IMG/VR virus record: IMGVR_UViG_3300033979_000663
Coordinates: 1-64,000 of that record
Source of the DNA: a virus
Taxonomy: Duplodnaviria > Caudoviricetes
DNA: 64,000 nt
Direction: 5' to 3' (one strand)
The translations under genes and the position numbers were made by a program. Below the pieces are notes generated by a model. The model saw nothing but the letters and a program-made list of their open reading frames with translations, was not told the origin of the DNA and searched no databases. This document shows positions 19,301-28,571 of this stretch, in pieces (within the stretch, counting starts at the first letter, position 1; the number at the start of each line of letters is the position of its first letter).

Positions 19301-19581
19301 ATGAAGAGTTCCGTAAAAACTACCTATCCAGGCAACAAGAGTTCTTAGTTCCACCCTCAATAAAAATGCCCTCCTTGGATACAAATATCCAGAAGGGCAA
19401 AGGAGAGAACACCAGGTCGGATGCTGGTACTACTATAGCTGAAATGAAGTTAATAGTAGAAGCTATCAACATTGATGTTACCAGTAATGCAAGCCCCAAA
19501 GATGCCGCTAAAGATGTGAAGCAAGCTATTTTAGATGAGTTGCATGATCTGACGGCTAAGGTGAAAACTAAATTGAAGTAG
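13336..19581 (+). CDS. Tail tape measure protein
   Basis: 2081 aa. TP901-type TMP core (about aa 350-560), hydrophobic segments and a long coiled coil. Confidence 0.9.
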   Translation: MPSNATAIIELVGKDNGLSAIVVKNTNAISELTDAAIAGTSGMSQYATATNDLGDAFRGIGGTAVEATKSVVNLGSSTTQAYNDIAKGSERTIKAADLLGNRFAEMALSAAGFSKQTDAVNSVLQPTAGFFSTVTDEATGLGKAFQVINQLEKPLVGGLDRVSTTAGGLGDALSNLGGVGQFAAQGLFAVSNAAASLAGITGTVDTIGDLYQVMEQIQEVAPDVASGIGEIAGAGVGIGQGVLGVTDLNTELYLAAQAGKKFGNEMTKSLSGVFVKFADLKSQVTQTITVLSAMAGTFTDLALHLKDFGKGLETVRNLGFDTQAMEIANSIGLIGENLVFNTEASKNFANAAVAAFSKVEDSLAFITTLPSGQAAGIPMLSKQLDDLVNGPLNNMISKGEAASAMYQSLSAGIGATTGKLKESQPFLEAALKLSTGTDTAASTTVETLAKLTYAYNLNVKDATTTAAKLNGIVEEGIITFPQLAGGIGRVAGVAAQAKVPMNELMGSIAALTKTMSADDAMTGYMSLLNAIAGAGEQSKKAASELGVQFDLQAVKAKGLLNVLKDLYDKSGGNVERIKEIIPDSLAFGTSLTLMTTAFKEAKEKTDIIAGKGAEDLEKLFGGRNQSMVRQMTSLVNGYEEVLSGFGEKFADNFKPGVEFLRIMLERFQQMPEPIKETIGAIVSFNMGLEKASGFISILVGGIAKVGVALAIMRISSLAMTGQLGLLRTAAMGVFQAFVAGTGRTAALTTAFNTLTGAQQIAVATTAGFTRATTLLSKVNEILTTDITRLIRRHVILAQYTDLSTSSEKASAIAKGILAAATKGLSAAMTFLGTTIKALWISFGPLAIAIGAAVVIFQTLSEVISFNILGFKSARAEAEEYAAKLIDLGEATKSYIDILGEETKAVDKSVQGYKERIKQLDELRKKEKDPGRRQAIEDEIKNNKTLLKAQQEKEDKKYTGFFNTGVLPFAEGVTKGLYSVASFMSPEEAKDRNYKKIEDSFRGFKDKHQARMDEESGVYAAEDQNRQQVTELFSRAYRRAQISKEGGAVSAEAREILESTKYRALSGPEMTKVLEAETKAYEKNKEAIDGKVTALQAALEATQDPARQEQIKQDIKQLNDATAAEKKYNDAKLQFIRDRESIKTAQEGNKDPIERVNELFQEQYEKAAELREKMKSATTQDEKDFLDFQQKSAEATSELTAKFGQGILQNGELGKKQINSLTAAYKEFADNPLKTEIGNAEDLNKMRSDADKFLGEIQNNIPNISTATAESLVKALLAQKVKVQGSDIVQSILSPEQIQEAVDVLQKIYEKSAQDQIDINNRKVAKINNQEALGIKRQTLAQKEILEVEIESNEEKLKSKQKYLDLLVSMNLIDKESDLYKKLNDEIVNLQYDTEQKKTKIIEAAINDRVALNKRGLDKEQAIAELGRAARLNEEQKTQDKLFELQQKQNLNQRKGIRDRIQDLKARGGDYNELEIELLKLMTEYENNVNDRNKQLDAREKERLNNQTTEQNQILEKELNSLELQSKQLERQKNITESRNNAVKTESEITQSRLELQLRVTGDIQKQADIEYAIAKEKIKNLQLSQKIERENLVTQRQLQTIAINREIVANKIAQAENQRAIAALKIDLLRAKNEKRSLDEIKAMELQLFSMEEQSRVLGETGKGLEANKETQEKVAENTEREVLARQKISMAGGILDEHQAKINQILAKYDKQIEQANLYTKQIEVQNIRLTAQSEAMGRVYDLQNQIMDSQKSVLESRTNRLTGELQIAMNLTTSETKRRDLAQTIAQIKLRTLDRQQEIERRVLEIQLLQNKAALEREKIQLRTQQSQNNADTWGSFANLQKVLASDKSTDAEKKSALYDLQAKQEQGASLAYQQQALGEKERLQDFLANNQRSNLRDSQSLARTQAEYEVIGTLSPGAQRREGRKLRDRILRDNLGITPYSGPINGGMMAEDQNKQDWRNLRNMNRRGGIDVGMPNAPQITPDISYEEFRKNYLSRQQEFLVPPSIKMPSLDTNIQKGKGENTRSDAGTTIAEMKLIVEAINIDVTSNASPKDAAKDVKQAILDELHDLTAKVKTKLK

Positions 19582-19601
19582 GTAGGATGCCACAAAACAA
19601 A

Positions 19602-19632
19602 AAGCGATCGCATCCACCAAATGCGATCGCTT
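19602..19632. terminator. Bidirectional terminator whose stem is built from two HIP1 sites
   Basis: AAGCGATCGCAT-CCACCAA-ATGCGATCGCTT between convergent genes. Confidence 0.6.
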
Positions 19633-19655
19633 GTTCTAAATATTCGACTCGAACA

Positions 19656-20945
19656 TTAAGCAGGTTGTCCAAACATGGCGATTTCTTCTGCTTCTAACAT
19701 TTTCTTGCACTGACGTAGTTCAACGGTAGTCAGGAGTTGACGACTTTTCTTACTGAAGTTATTCATCAAGAAGCTTTTGGCATCTTGATCACTCCAGTTC
19801 AATGAATTAACTAATTTCCCGATATCTTCCATTAGAGAAGCCCGTTCTACTGTTTCACTGTCAGAAAAAGCAGGAGCATTACTAACCACTGGTTTCACGG
19901 TGACTGGCGCAGGAGGTGAGTAGGGTGTCCCACCGTAGACGTAGTTAGCATCGTAGTCACCGTAATCTTCATCATCAGCATACACAGGTTGCTGTGTTTG
20001 CTGAATCTGCGGTGATTGCTGTTGGGTGACAACCTCACCCCAACCCTTGTAGGTTTCGTGATCAGCTAGTATCTGTTGCCCAAACTGGGTTTTCTTGCTA
20101 ACAAACAAATCTTGCCAGTGGACATAGTGAAGCTTAATGAGGATATCTTTACTTTTACCCCTACCTATTACCTCAGTTTTACCTACTTTTGTGGTGTCAG
20201 TAGTTGGACACATTCTTTCAGCGATAAAGCAACTCATTGCCCCTTCTGCACCGTTATCAAGGTAGTTACCTTTTAATCCGACCCTTATTGCAAATACTGA
20301 AAGTGCGAGGATGTTTTCATTAAATCTGTCACCTTCTAGCTTGACACCTCTCTCCTTGGCAACTTCTACCATGCAACGATTTATTTCGTCCCGGAACAAT
20401 CGCAACTCAATACCAAAACTGGTATCAAATGCAGTCTTAGTTGTCATCTGGATAGGTAATGGGTGTAATGGCTCATTGTTGTCATTGACAACATATAAAA
20501 CTTGTCTGCTCGCTCTCCAATAAGCCTGATTGGTGCGATCGCTCGCGTTCTTTCCTGCTTCCGTTAATTCTGATTGCCCATTTACATTCCTGTAGCAGTA
20601 ATCAACGGGTCTTTTCTTTCCTGGCATAAGCTCATGGTATGCCAATATTGGTGTCCGTTTGGGGATTATAAACCTTGCCCAGTCCGCCACCGGGTTTCCA
20701 TCTTCAGTTATTATTCGAGGGGAAATAGCGTCTTTGGGAACTCTTTTTTGGTCAATAGAAACCGTGTATTTAGCAAAACCCCAAGGTTCTTGTATTGAAA
20801 AGTCTGCTGCTGCTACTCTATCTGGCTCTAATACAAAGCCAAAATGCTGTTCAGGCACTTTTGCTGTCAACAGCATCAAAGTAGGCAAGGTTTTTCTCGC
20901 GGAAACGTCGCCAGAGTAATCCGAAGGATCAAATTCATTATTCAT
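19656..20945 (-). CDS. Hypothetical protein (DUF5895-like cyanobacterial family; possible ssDNA-binding or recombination role)
   Basis: Long ORF with a Gln/acidic linker and a small helical C-terminal domain. Family assignment tentative. Confidence 0.45.
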   Translation of the reverse strand: MNNEFDPSDYSGDVSARKTLPTLMLLTAKVPEQHFGFVLEPDRVAAADFSIQEPWGFAKYTVSIDQKRVPKDAISPRIITEDGNPVADWARFIIPKRTPILAYHELMPGKKRPVDYCYRNVNGQSELTEAGKNASDRTNQAYWRASRQVLYVVNDNNEPLHPLPIQMTTKTAFDTSFGIELRLFRDEINRCMVEVAKERGVKLEGDRFNENILALSVFAIRVGLKGNYLDNGAEGAMSCFIAERMCPTTDTTKVGKTEVIGRGKSKDILIKLHYVHWQDLFVSKKTQFGQQILADHETYKGWGEVVTQQQSPQIQQTQQPVYADDEDYGDYDANYVYGGTPYSPPAPVTVKPVVSNAPAFSDSETVERASLMEDIGKLVNSLNWSDQDAKSFLMNNFSKKSRQLLTTVELRQCKKMLEAEEIAMFGQPA

Positions 20946-21022
20946 GGTTGCCAGCCCGATTGAGGTTTTCTAGAAGTTTTCAAGTAACAATTTCATTGTA
21001 CACTACTCGACTTGTTTTGTCA

Positions 21023-21622
21023 CTACCTTTTTAAAACATTTTCCTCATCACCCTTAATCTCTTTTATCTCACGTAATATGGACTGGTAGGACTTAGATAG
21101 TTCAATAATGGACTTTAACTCTTCTGATTTCTGCGCCAGTAAAATATTTTCCAGTCCTTCTATCCGCTTGATAAGCTCGGAAATGCGAGAATGATAAGCT
21201 TGCGATGCTTTAATGTCAGACAGTTCTATATGGAAAGAACTTAGTTTCTCTGTTAGTCCGAATAACTGGGAAGTGGTGCTATTGTAATTTTGCATCAATA
21301 AAGAAGTATCTCGATGCACGCTGCTGATTTCTTCGTCTTGAGCTAAGTTTCTCCTCTCAAGCTCTTTTGATATGGATTCTATCTTTCTCTCAAGTTCTTG
21401 AATTGCAGCATCTTTTTTTTCAGCTTCCTTTTGTTTTGCAGATTGCTGTTGCTGAATAAAAGCATAAATTAAAGACACAACCCCAGATACCGCACTGGCT
21501 ATGCCTAAATATTCAACTAATCTACTAATAGAAGGATGATAGGCATTGATTACGATCACTAATATCCCACCAAGGAAGAAAAGTATAAGGAAAACAAGAC
21601 TTTTATCTAGATTCATATTCAA
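21023..21622 (-). CDS. Membrane protein with 2 TM segments and a coiled coil
   Basis: Two N-terminal hydrophobic helices and a heptad-rich tail. Confidence 0.6.
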   Translation of the reverse strand: MNMNLDKSLVFLILFFLGGILVIVINAYHPSISRLVEYLGIASAVSGVVSLIYAFIQQQQSAKQKEAEKKDAAIQELERKIESISKELERRNLAQDEEISSVHRDTSLLMQNYNSTTSQLFGLTEKLSSFHIELSDIKASQAYHSRISELIKRIEGLENILLAQKSEELKSIIELSKSYQSILREIKEIKGDEENVLKR

Positions 21623-21992
21623 CCGTTACGTCAATCTCTTCTTGTCTTTCCTTAAATACAACACTTGGATATTCTGCGTTTTGATAGAATGTAATTACAT
21701 CGTTATGAGCGAGAATATGTTCCTTTACCAAACATTGATTTACCCATGTTCCGTTAGTTGATGGTTTCCCTAAAAGCATTCCATCTCGCAACCTATAAAA
21801 GCTATGAGATCGAGTGTAATCATACATTAAAGTAATAGTACAATGGTAACGAGAGACAAAATCACATTCAATTTGAATATCAGCAGTAGAACGAGGGTGT
21901 TTACGTCCAATCACGACTTGTCCCATATTTCTTAAATCTAAGATTGTTCCTGCCGCTAATATTGTTCCAGAATAAACCAATATTTTGACCAC
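21603..21992 (-). CDS. FHA-domain protein
   Basis: IGR, VSRYH, STNGTWVN and L..NDVI FHA signatures. Confidence 0.85.
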   Translation of the reverse strand: MVKILVYSGTILAAGTILDLRNMGQVVIGRKHPRSTADIQIECDFVSRYHCTITLMYDYTRSHSFYRLRDGMLLGKPSTNGTWVNQCLVKEHILAHNDVITFYQNAEYPSVVFKERQEEIDVTVEYESR

Positions 21993-22044
21993 CGAACACC
22001 TACTTTTTAAAAAATTACAATTTTAATTTACTTTTAGCAAAAAT

Positions 22045-22548
22045 ATGACTTGCAATTCAGATTTTCAGTATCTATATATAGCTTGCGACGCATCATTGCA
22101 AGTGGCGTACAATGCCCCAGAAGAATGGTTTGTAACTGGATATTTAAGAATACCTATTCAACCGGATGAATATACCAAACTCAGGGATGGTGAAGCACCT
22201 AAATTAGCAAGAACATTTGGTACAACTACCTACCGAATTAAATTAAGAGAAATAGGGTTTTCCGTGCAATTAGCAGAAGATGATGCGAGGTTGCGATACA
22301 TTTTAGAACATATAGAAAAAACAAGTATTACAAACAGTCATATTACCCCCGTCACGGTGCTTGACTATGTAAGTCCTGATCCAGAGGCTTTCATGGCAGC
22401 AGTAACAGTAAATAGCAACCCCTACACAATCAGAAGAGGAACGATTGAGGTTGAACCTGGGAGTGGAACGATGGGAGAAAAAACTAGCCGAAAGGGAACT
22501 GGTGGTTTAAAATTTGTTTTTCGTCAAACCCAATTAAGCAAAGCGTGA
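22045..22548 (+). CDS. Hypothetical protein, possibly distal-tail-like
   Basis: Beta-rich 167-aa ORF near TMP. Function is a guess. Confidence 0.4.
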   Translation: MTCNSDFQYLYIACDASLQVAYNAPEEWFVTGYLRIPIQPDEYTKLRDGEAPKLARTFGTTTYRIKLREIGFSVQLAEDDARLRYILEHIEKTSITNSHITPVTVLDYVSPDPEAFMAAVTVNSNPYTIRRGTIEVEPGSGTMGEKTSRKGTGGLKFVFRQTQLSKA

Positions 22549-22555
22549 GGTTTCC

Positions 22556-23719
22556 ATGTACTACGGGCTACCTGTTAATCAAGATCATGGGTTAAGAGAA
22601 ATAGAGTTTTTGTGGTCACGCAGGACAATTGACTCTTATGTTGATTTAAAAATAAACGATATTGAAAAAACACTATGGAGAAACACACGCACAGGAGTAG
22701 TGACCCAGTGGAACAAGTCTATGATTAGCGACATAACAAAATTAGGTGGCGAAGTTATAGATGGATATATCGAAATATCAAGATTACCAATCGCTGCACA
22801 ACACAGATTAGCGATAGAACAAATAAATAAGTTACAAAACAACATTATTGATTTAGCAAATAATTTAATTTCAGGAAAAACCAAAGGCAAAAAAGGATTA
22901 ACTAAAATCCCTGAAATTGCAGCACAATTATCTAGTGAATTAAAATTTTATCCAGTATTACGAGTGGGTGAATTAATTAGTAATGCGATCGCCCAATTAC
23001 TAGAAGCAGTTGAGGAATCCGAAATTACTTGTTTGCTAGATATCGTAGATCAATCGAGGTTTGGACAACTGAATAGTATGGCCATATCTTCTCAATGGGA
23101 GGATAATTGTCTACTACTCACGGAAATAGCAGAGAAAAAGCTCTTTAGGTTTACCCACCCATCCTTTGAGGAATATTGCAAATCAGTTAAAATCAGTTCC
23201 GGTTCTCGACGGGTAAAGGTAGGTAAATTAATCAAGCGGTTTAAGGCTGCTGATTTACCCTTACCTAGCAACCGTGGCCAAGCCGAAATCGTTGCAGAAA
23301 TACCAATTGAGAATCAGATTGTCGTTTGGACAGCCCTGCTATCTTTGGATAAAAAGATTACATCCTCACTGATTCGTGATGTCCATAAGCAATTACTATA
23401 CAAGCAAGTAAACCAACCGCAACTACAAGATTCATCGGTGTTGCAAAACAAGATTCAATCCCTGGTCAATAAACATGGGCTAATCTTGGATAAAAACATC
23501 AAGGCTTTCCTTGATTCTGTAAAAGGAGATGCTAACCCCATAGAAATCAGAATGATTCGGGCTGCCCTGGATGGTCTAAGACAGCAAGTTGGCAAAGAAC
23601 CTGATGTATTTGCATCACCAAAAACATCTGCGGCGTTGCTTCCTTTTTCGCCATTCCCTCTATTCCTTGCGAAAAGAACTGCTCAAGCAAATTCCGATCA
23701 GGAACTTGTAGCTTGCTAA
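22556..23719 (+). CDS. Putative DNA-binding protein (cyanobacterial plasmid/phage type)
   Basis: F..THPSFEEYC, LPSNRGQ..I...P.E.Q..VW and KIT..LIR helical motifs. Confidence 0.45.
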   Translation: MYYGLPVNQDHGLREIEFLWSRRTIDSYVDLKINDIEKTLWRNTRTGVVTQWNKSMISDITKLGGEVIDGYIEISRLPIAAQHRLAIEQINKLQNNIIDLANNLISGKTKGKKGLTKIPEIAAQLSSELKFYPVLRVGELISNAIAQLLEAVEESEITCLLDIVDQSRFGQLNSMAISSQWEDNCLLLTEIAEKKLFRFTHPSFEEYCKSVKISSGSRRVKVGKLIKRFKAADLPLPSNRGQAEIVAEIPIENQIVVWTALLSLDKKITSSLIRDVHKQLLYKQVNQPQLQDSSVLQNKIQSLVNKHGLILDKNIKAFLDSVKGDANPIEIRMIRAALDGLRQQVGKEPDVFASPKTSAALLPFSPFPLFLAKRTAQANSDQELVAC

Positions 23720-24299
23720 GTAAAATGTCGGTGTTGAATGCGATCGCACTCAGGTAATCCTTGGCAAAGGCATAGTCAAATTTGGACGACTCCGAACAGA
23801 GTAATGTTTCTGGTAATTCCTTGGTACACCCTCTACTCATAGCAGCAGCGTGTTTAATTTCCACAACACTACTTACAGGGATTGCTAACGCCTGAGCTAT
23901 TTCTGCTTCACCCCAGTTAGGATTCTTTCTGGAGAGGGTATTTATCTTGGCATGGGTTTCGTGCCAACCTCTAGGGATTTTAGCGATCGCCGCATGATCT
24001 CTCAGGAAGTGCTGAATCTCTCCATCTATGTAGAGAACGGCGTAGGAACTGAAAACATTTCTGGCTTTTGGGTCATAACGGTTTAATGCTTTAATTAGCC
24101 CAACACACCCTAACTGAAATAAATCATCAAATGGTTCAGCACACTTAGAGAGGAAAGTATGCGATCGCTTTCTAACTAAGTTTGAATATATCTTTACTAA
24201 GTTTTGTAATTTTTTCTTCTTTTTTTCTGGGTCTATTTCATCGGTATATTGTTGATGGAGAACCCTCAATTGTTCTGGAGAATAAGGATTTTTACCCAT
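23547..24299 (-). CDS. RNA polymerase sigma factor, group 3 (SigF/SigJ-like)
   Basis: DDLFQLGCVGLIKALNRYDP..FSSYA..YIDGEIQHFLRD..KIPR region 2. Region 4 looks degenerate. Confidence 0.85.
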   Translation of the reverse strand: MGKNPYSPEQLRVLHQQYTDEIDPEKKKKKLQNLVKIYSNLVRKRSHTFLSKCAEPFDDLFQLGCVGLIKALNRYDPKARNVFSSYAVLYIDGEIQHFLRDHAAIAKIPRGWHETHAKINTLSRKNPNWGEAEIAQALAIPVSSVVEIKHAAAMSRGCTKELPETLLCSESSKFDYAFAKDYLSAIAFNTDILLSKLQVPDRNLLEQFFSQGIEGMAKKEATPQMFLVMQIHQVLCQLAVLDHPGQPESF

Positions 24300-24887
24300 G
24301 AATACCTCGATTGGAATATTTCTAGCTATCAGCGTCTTTAACCGGGATAGCGATCGCACCCAAGACATGATTAGTGCGATCGCTGCTTGTTACTCGGAAC
24401 AAGATGCAGTAGATATTGTAAGACCAGCGCTAGAAATATTCACCCCTGCCGACAGGGAATGGTTTGATGAAGTGATGAAAAATGCTAGATGGCATTAAAA
24501 AACTTGCTTTACCAAATGCTTGCCAAAAAGTTCCATCTACCGTAATAGATCCACCAGCATTACTAATAGGAATTGGATTGCATCGTTTAAAATCATAATT
24601 TAAATAAATAACTGCTTTAATATTGCGATCGCATTATGATAATCCCTATCAAGATGTGCTGTCATCGCTTTGTTGATGTAATAAAATCCGTCTTCTCTTT
24701 TTTCGATTCTGCCATTGTTTTTATTGCCAAATCCATCAAGCAATGATTGGAGTTTTTGAGTTAAATTGTCCATAATTACATGATAAATATTTTTGTAGAT
24801 AGGGTTAATTTAATTGGATTAAGTTAGCTATTGCGATCATTGTGGAATTATAGCGATCGCAATAGCTAATACGAGGGCTGACATAAA

Positions 24888-25322
24888 TTAAATTAGTTCC
24901 TCAACTTCATTAACTAAAACCATTCCAAAACCAGCTAATTCAGCCGGACTCATCCAAACTTGAGACTGGTAATTTGGGTCTAGTTGTGTCTTTTGTAATA
25001 AAACAATCAACTTGTTATAACTATCTTCTGACAAAACATTATCACCACCTTTTAAAACACCTAAATAAGCGATTATATTAGAGATATTTCCCTGATTAAA
25101 TGCTTCCAAGACTCTGCTATAAGTGAGGGTTTCAGAAATCTTAAAAGCTTCTTCTTTCGTAACCACAGCTAACACTTGTTGCAGAGTAGGTAACACAGCT
25201 ATTTGTTGCTGTGGCTCAGGATTGTTAACTAATACCTTATCATTAAGTTTGCCTGTAAGTTCCCTAGCAGATAATTTAGGGAACTTTTTAATTTGAGTAA
25301 GCAACCATTGTTGTTTGTTCAT
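24888..25322 (-). CDS. Hypothetical protein
   Basis: Coupled to the upstream structural-like genes. Confidence 0.55.
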   Translation of the reverse strand: MNKQQWLLTQIKKFPKLSARELTGKLNDKVLVNNPEPQQQIAVLPTLQQVLAVVTKEEAFKISETLTYSRVLEAFNQGNISNIIAYLGVLKGGDNVLSEDSYNKLIVLLQKTQLDPNYQSQVWMSPAELAGFGMVLVNEVEELI

Positions 25323-25324
25323 AA

Positions 25325-26113
25325 TTATACAATTGCTGTGTTGTAGGCATCAATAAGAGCGGTTACGCGGGTGTCTAGCAGGGCGAGATCCAGGGATTCG
25401 CCAATAGAGTAGAAGGCTATGCGAGCGTTAACAAAGCTGTCAACGGCTGTAAATCTTTGAGCAAAAACAACAACGGTGCGAGTGGATGTTGCAAATTGAG
25501 ATACGTTTGCAAAACTTGATATAGAACCTCCAGACCTGACTAATGCAGTTGAGCCGTCGCTGCGGGAAACTCCCTTAAATCCAGTTGTGTTGCCTTGCCC
25601 TGCAACAGTTAGTACGTTAGACAAATTGCTTACATAGGCAAGTATATTATTGGTACTATTCATGCCAAGCCCTGTATATCCACTTTCGCCTCCACCAATG
25701 TAGTAACGTGATCCGCTAATACTATTACCAGTAGACACATACACTGATTGATGTCTGCTATTTTGCGGATCACTTGCGTTCTGCCGATTGCTATCCAAAT
25801 ACTTCGTACTCCCATCTCCCGCCAGCCCGCTCCTTCTGTTGTAATCGCCAGCTACAAAGTTAAAATTAGTTGGAGCAGTACCAACAAGCGGAACTAAAGC
25901 ACCAGCCAGCGTTCTAGCTCCTGCCAAGATGCAAGATGTCTTAATTGCACTCCAAATACCATCTACCTTACACCCAATTACAAAGTTATTAATAGCACTT
26001 TTGACACCTTCTTCAAGAGCCGCATTGTCAGCAGCTTCGACTCTTGTTATATAAGCTTGTGCATCAGTGTCAAACTTCCTACCCAGCACCACTATTCTAG
26101 TAGAATTTCTCAT
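25325..26113 (-). CDS. Putative virion/tail-associated protein with lectin-like beta domain
   Basis: DAQAYITRVEAAD...AINNFV.GCK.DGIW N-terminus seen in aquatic phage proteins; G/S/T-rich C-terminus. Confidence 0.5.
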   Translation of the reverse strand: MRNSTRIVVLGRKFDTDAQAYITRVEAADNAALEEGVKSAINNFVIGCKVDGIWSAIKTSCILAGARTLAGALVPLVGTAPTNFNFVAGDYNRRSGLAGDGSTKYLDSNRQNASDPQNSRHQSVYVSTGNSISGSRYYIGGGESGYTGLGMNSTNNILAYVSNLSNVLTVAGQGNTTGFKGVSRSDGSTALVRSGGSISSFANVSQFATSTRTVVVFAQRFTAVDSFVNARIAFYSIGESLDLALLDTRVTALIDAYNTAIV

Positions 26114-26724
26114 GGTGCAAAACTCCTAGCCCGGATAGTTCCTGTTTCACTATTTGCCGCAGGAGTGAAAGCACTGTTAGTAACTAGATACCCCCACAAG
26201 CTGGTGCTGCTTAATATAAACAGTTGATTTAAGTCCCTGACAACACCAACAACCTTGCCTCCTCCTTGAGCTAGACTTACTGACACATTAAAACCCACAG
26301 GGTCTAAAACAGGGTCAGAGCCAATTGTCCAAATACTATTATCTGCAATATTTGTAGGTGCTGTAGGGTATAAATAAACCCTGAAAGAAGACATACCTGA
26401 TGGTACAGCAGATAGATTAAGGGATATTTCAAAATAAGAAAGAAAAATTCCTTTACCTGCCTGACCTATATTTTGAAGTTCAAACAGCCCCCCATAAACG
26501 TCAAAATTTGGTGCAGTAGCTGTGTAGGCTGTAGTATTAGCTGCCCTGGTAATAGTTGCAGTAGACAAGTACGCTAGTCCTTGAGGTGCAGTAGCCATGC
26601 TTACAGGCTGAGTTACACCACTACCATCTACTAATAATCTACCATCAGAATTAACTAAAATACTTCTAGGCTGACCATTTGGTGTAACGCCAGAAATCAA
26701 ATTATAATTGAAAATTTGCTGCAT
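26110..26724 (-). CDS. Putative structural protein
   Basis: VDGSGVTQPVS and TRAANTTAYTA motifs; beta-rich. Confidence 0.5.
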   Translation of the reverse strand: MQQIFNYNLISGVTPNGQPRSILVNSDGRLLVDGSGVTQPVSMATAPQGLAYLSTATITRAANTTAYTATAPNFDVYGGLFELQNIGQAGKGIFLSYFEISLNLSAVPSGMSSFRVYLYPTAPTNIADNSIWTIGSDPVLDPVGFNVSVSLAQGGGKVVGVVRDLNQLFILSSTSLWGYLVTNSAFTPAANSETGTIRARSFAP

Positions 26725-26815
26725 ATTAATTGATATTTAAAATTACTAACACCAGTAACAATATCTGTCAGTCCAACATAATTATTCTATAGCAGAATCT
26801 ACTGCTATGCAACTA

Positions 26816-27172
26816 TTACCTTGCAATTTCCACAGGAATATATTTCTCATCCTTGTAGGAGAAAACCTTATCAGGTCGAGATTTTAACCTCATCCCAGAT
26901 TTTAGTTGCTCTACAATTTCTTCTGTCGCATCTGCTTTTAGAGTAGGCAGGTATAGCAGTAGGTACGAGTGACCAATAATAGAACAACTGCTATCAGAAA
27001 TGAGGGTGATTTTGTCAGCGAATAAACCAAGGAAAGTATCGTTACTTTTATTGCACAGCTTTCTGACTGCGCCCATTTTTCTGGAAAACTGGACTTGGAC
27101 AAAGACCACATCTGTACCCACGTTGTTATAAAGTACGTTGCCTAAGCTGGTAGGCAAGAATGAAATTTGCAT
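26816..27172 (-). CDS. Hypothetical protein
   Basis: ORF with normal composition. Confidence 0.5.
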   Translation of the reverse strand: MQISFLPTSLGNVLYNNVGTDVVFVQVQFSRKMGAVRKLCNKSNDTFLGLFADKITLISDSSCSIIGHSYLLLYLPTLKADATEEIVEQLKSGMRLKSRPDKVFSYKDEKYIPVEIAR

Positions 27173-27287
27173 ATTTCTGTTGTTGAAAAACTTGAATTGG
27201 ACTTAAAACAACTCTATCTATAACACTATTGAATTATTTAAAGCAAGTCCATTACAATGGTTTTTTACCGTATATCAACATCCAACC

Positions 27288-27479
27288 ATGAGAGCATCAA
27301 CAGCAGTCGGCGTAAGTCCAGAAATTAAAACAGCATTACAAAAAACATCAGTTGAGGTCAGGCTAACAGTTAAGGAAACTATTTATATGGGCGTGAAGGC
27401 GATCGCGCTGCTGAGTGATGAACAAAAAGAAGCATTAGCAAATGAAGTCCATAAGTTACAGATGGCCGGAGATATTTAA
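27288..27479 (+). CDS. Small putative ribbon-helix-helix regulator
   Basis: 63 aa, strand-helix-helix pattern, followed by a terminator. Confidence 0.45.
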   Translation: MRASTAVGVSPEIKTALQKTSVEVRLTVKETIYMGVKAIALLSDEQKEALANEVHKLQMAGDI

Positions 27480-27496
27480 TATTAGTTTTGCAAAAG

Positions 27497-27527
27497 AAAA
27501 AGCCCTGGATAATTCCGGGGCTTTTTT
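27497..27527. terminator. Bidirectional intrinsic terminator
   Basis: AAAAAGCCCTGGA-TAAT-TCCGGGGCTTTTTT. Confidence 0.75.
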
Positions 27528-27991
27528 GTATGTTCGAGTCGAATATTTATTACTCAGGTAAAGGTTGAACTCTCCATCCGTCAAACCAATCTGGATTCTT
27601 AGTGGCAAAATCTAGATCAGACTTATACTTTTCGTCATTCAAGAAATATGCTTTATTCGCCATCCCCAATGAATCCAAATTATCTTCATCCTTTAGCCTC
27701 AAACACTCCCTTGGTGTAGTCCAGTTCTGTCAACCCTCGATGCATGGGGATACAACCAATGGTATAGGAAAAGCCTTTGAACTTGTTATTAATAAAGACT
27801 TCTCTTTGCGCCAAGGTAACGGGTATCTGGCATTCATCCCCGTAATGCCCCTACAAGCCGCAATCAAGGCTAAAGGTACTTTGGATTTGGTCTATGTTTG
27901 CGACAGTAACCAGTTTTACTCCTGGTTTGGGTTTTCACCCCTTGTTTTTTACAGGTCGGACAAAGCTTATATTTCTTGTCCTTCCAGGTTC

Positions 27992-28291
27992 TTACTTTTT
28001 TGGTTCACCTCTACTGCATATCACTTGATGCAGAAACGGGACTAAAGCAAATGCTGTTTCTTCTGTCAGCGCGTCCAGTACCACAATTAGTTTTACTGCT
28101 TCGTCATCCATGCCCTGATTCCACATCGGTTTCTCGAAATAGCAGCTTGCACAATAGGCGATCGCAAACCCTAGCGTATCTTTACCGACTTTATCGAGTG
28201 TGCTACCAAATTCCTGTTCAATCTTTTCTAGGATTTCGTGGTCAGGGTAGTCTTCGGGAACTGATACGTAATATCCGATTGGTTTAGTCAT
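27992..28291 (-). CDS. Hypothetical protein
   Basis: Part of a leftward small-gene run. Confidence 0.55.
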   Translation of the reverse strand: MTKPIGYYVSVPEDYPDHEILEKIEQEFGSTLDKVGKDTLGFAIAYCASCYFEKPMWNQGMDDEAVKLIVVLDALTEETAFALVPFLHQVICSRGEPKK

Positions 28292-28292
28292 T

Positions 28293-28571
28293 TTAGTCCC
28301 TCTTTTTTTTCCACCTCTGGGATTTCTGTTCTGCTTTTTTGTTGATTTTTTCCAAAATACTCTTTACCTTCTCGCCTTCTTCTCTCGTAGGTATTCCATT
28401 AACTCTAAAAATTACAACCCATCTAGCACCGCTTCCATCAGTTCCCCAGAGTTCCCATTTTTCAGAAATATAGGGTTTTATCTGAGTGTCATACAGATCC
28501 CATATACTATCCCCGTCATGAACCCCAAATGCTATTTTGCAATCAGACCAAGGCACGTCATTTTTAATCAT
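28293..28571 (-). CDS. Hypothetical protein
   Basis: Coupled ORF. Confidence 0.55.
   Translation of the reverse strand: MIKNDVPWSDCKIAFGVHDGDSIWDLYDTQIKPYISEKWELWGTDGSGARWVVIFRVNGIPTREEGEKVKSILEKINKKAEQKSQRWKKKRD

Noticed and set aside
14697-19613. Antisense ORFs inside the tape measure and other long genes
   Set aside because: Shadow ORFs without SD, fully overlapping well-supported genes.
25325-26113. Diversity-generating retroelement target
   Set aside because: No reverse transcriptase and no template/variable repeat pair seen in the window.
27549-28045. ORF 27602..28045 (+) and a minus-strand TPRECLRL fragment reminiscent of a C5 methyltransferase end
   Set aside because: The plus ORF looks like a shadow frame. 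The minus frames are broken by stops, so there is too little to call.
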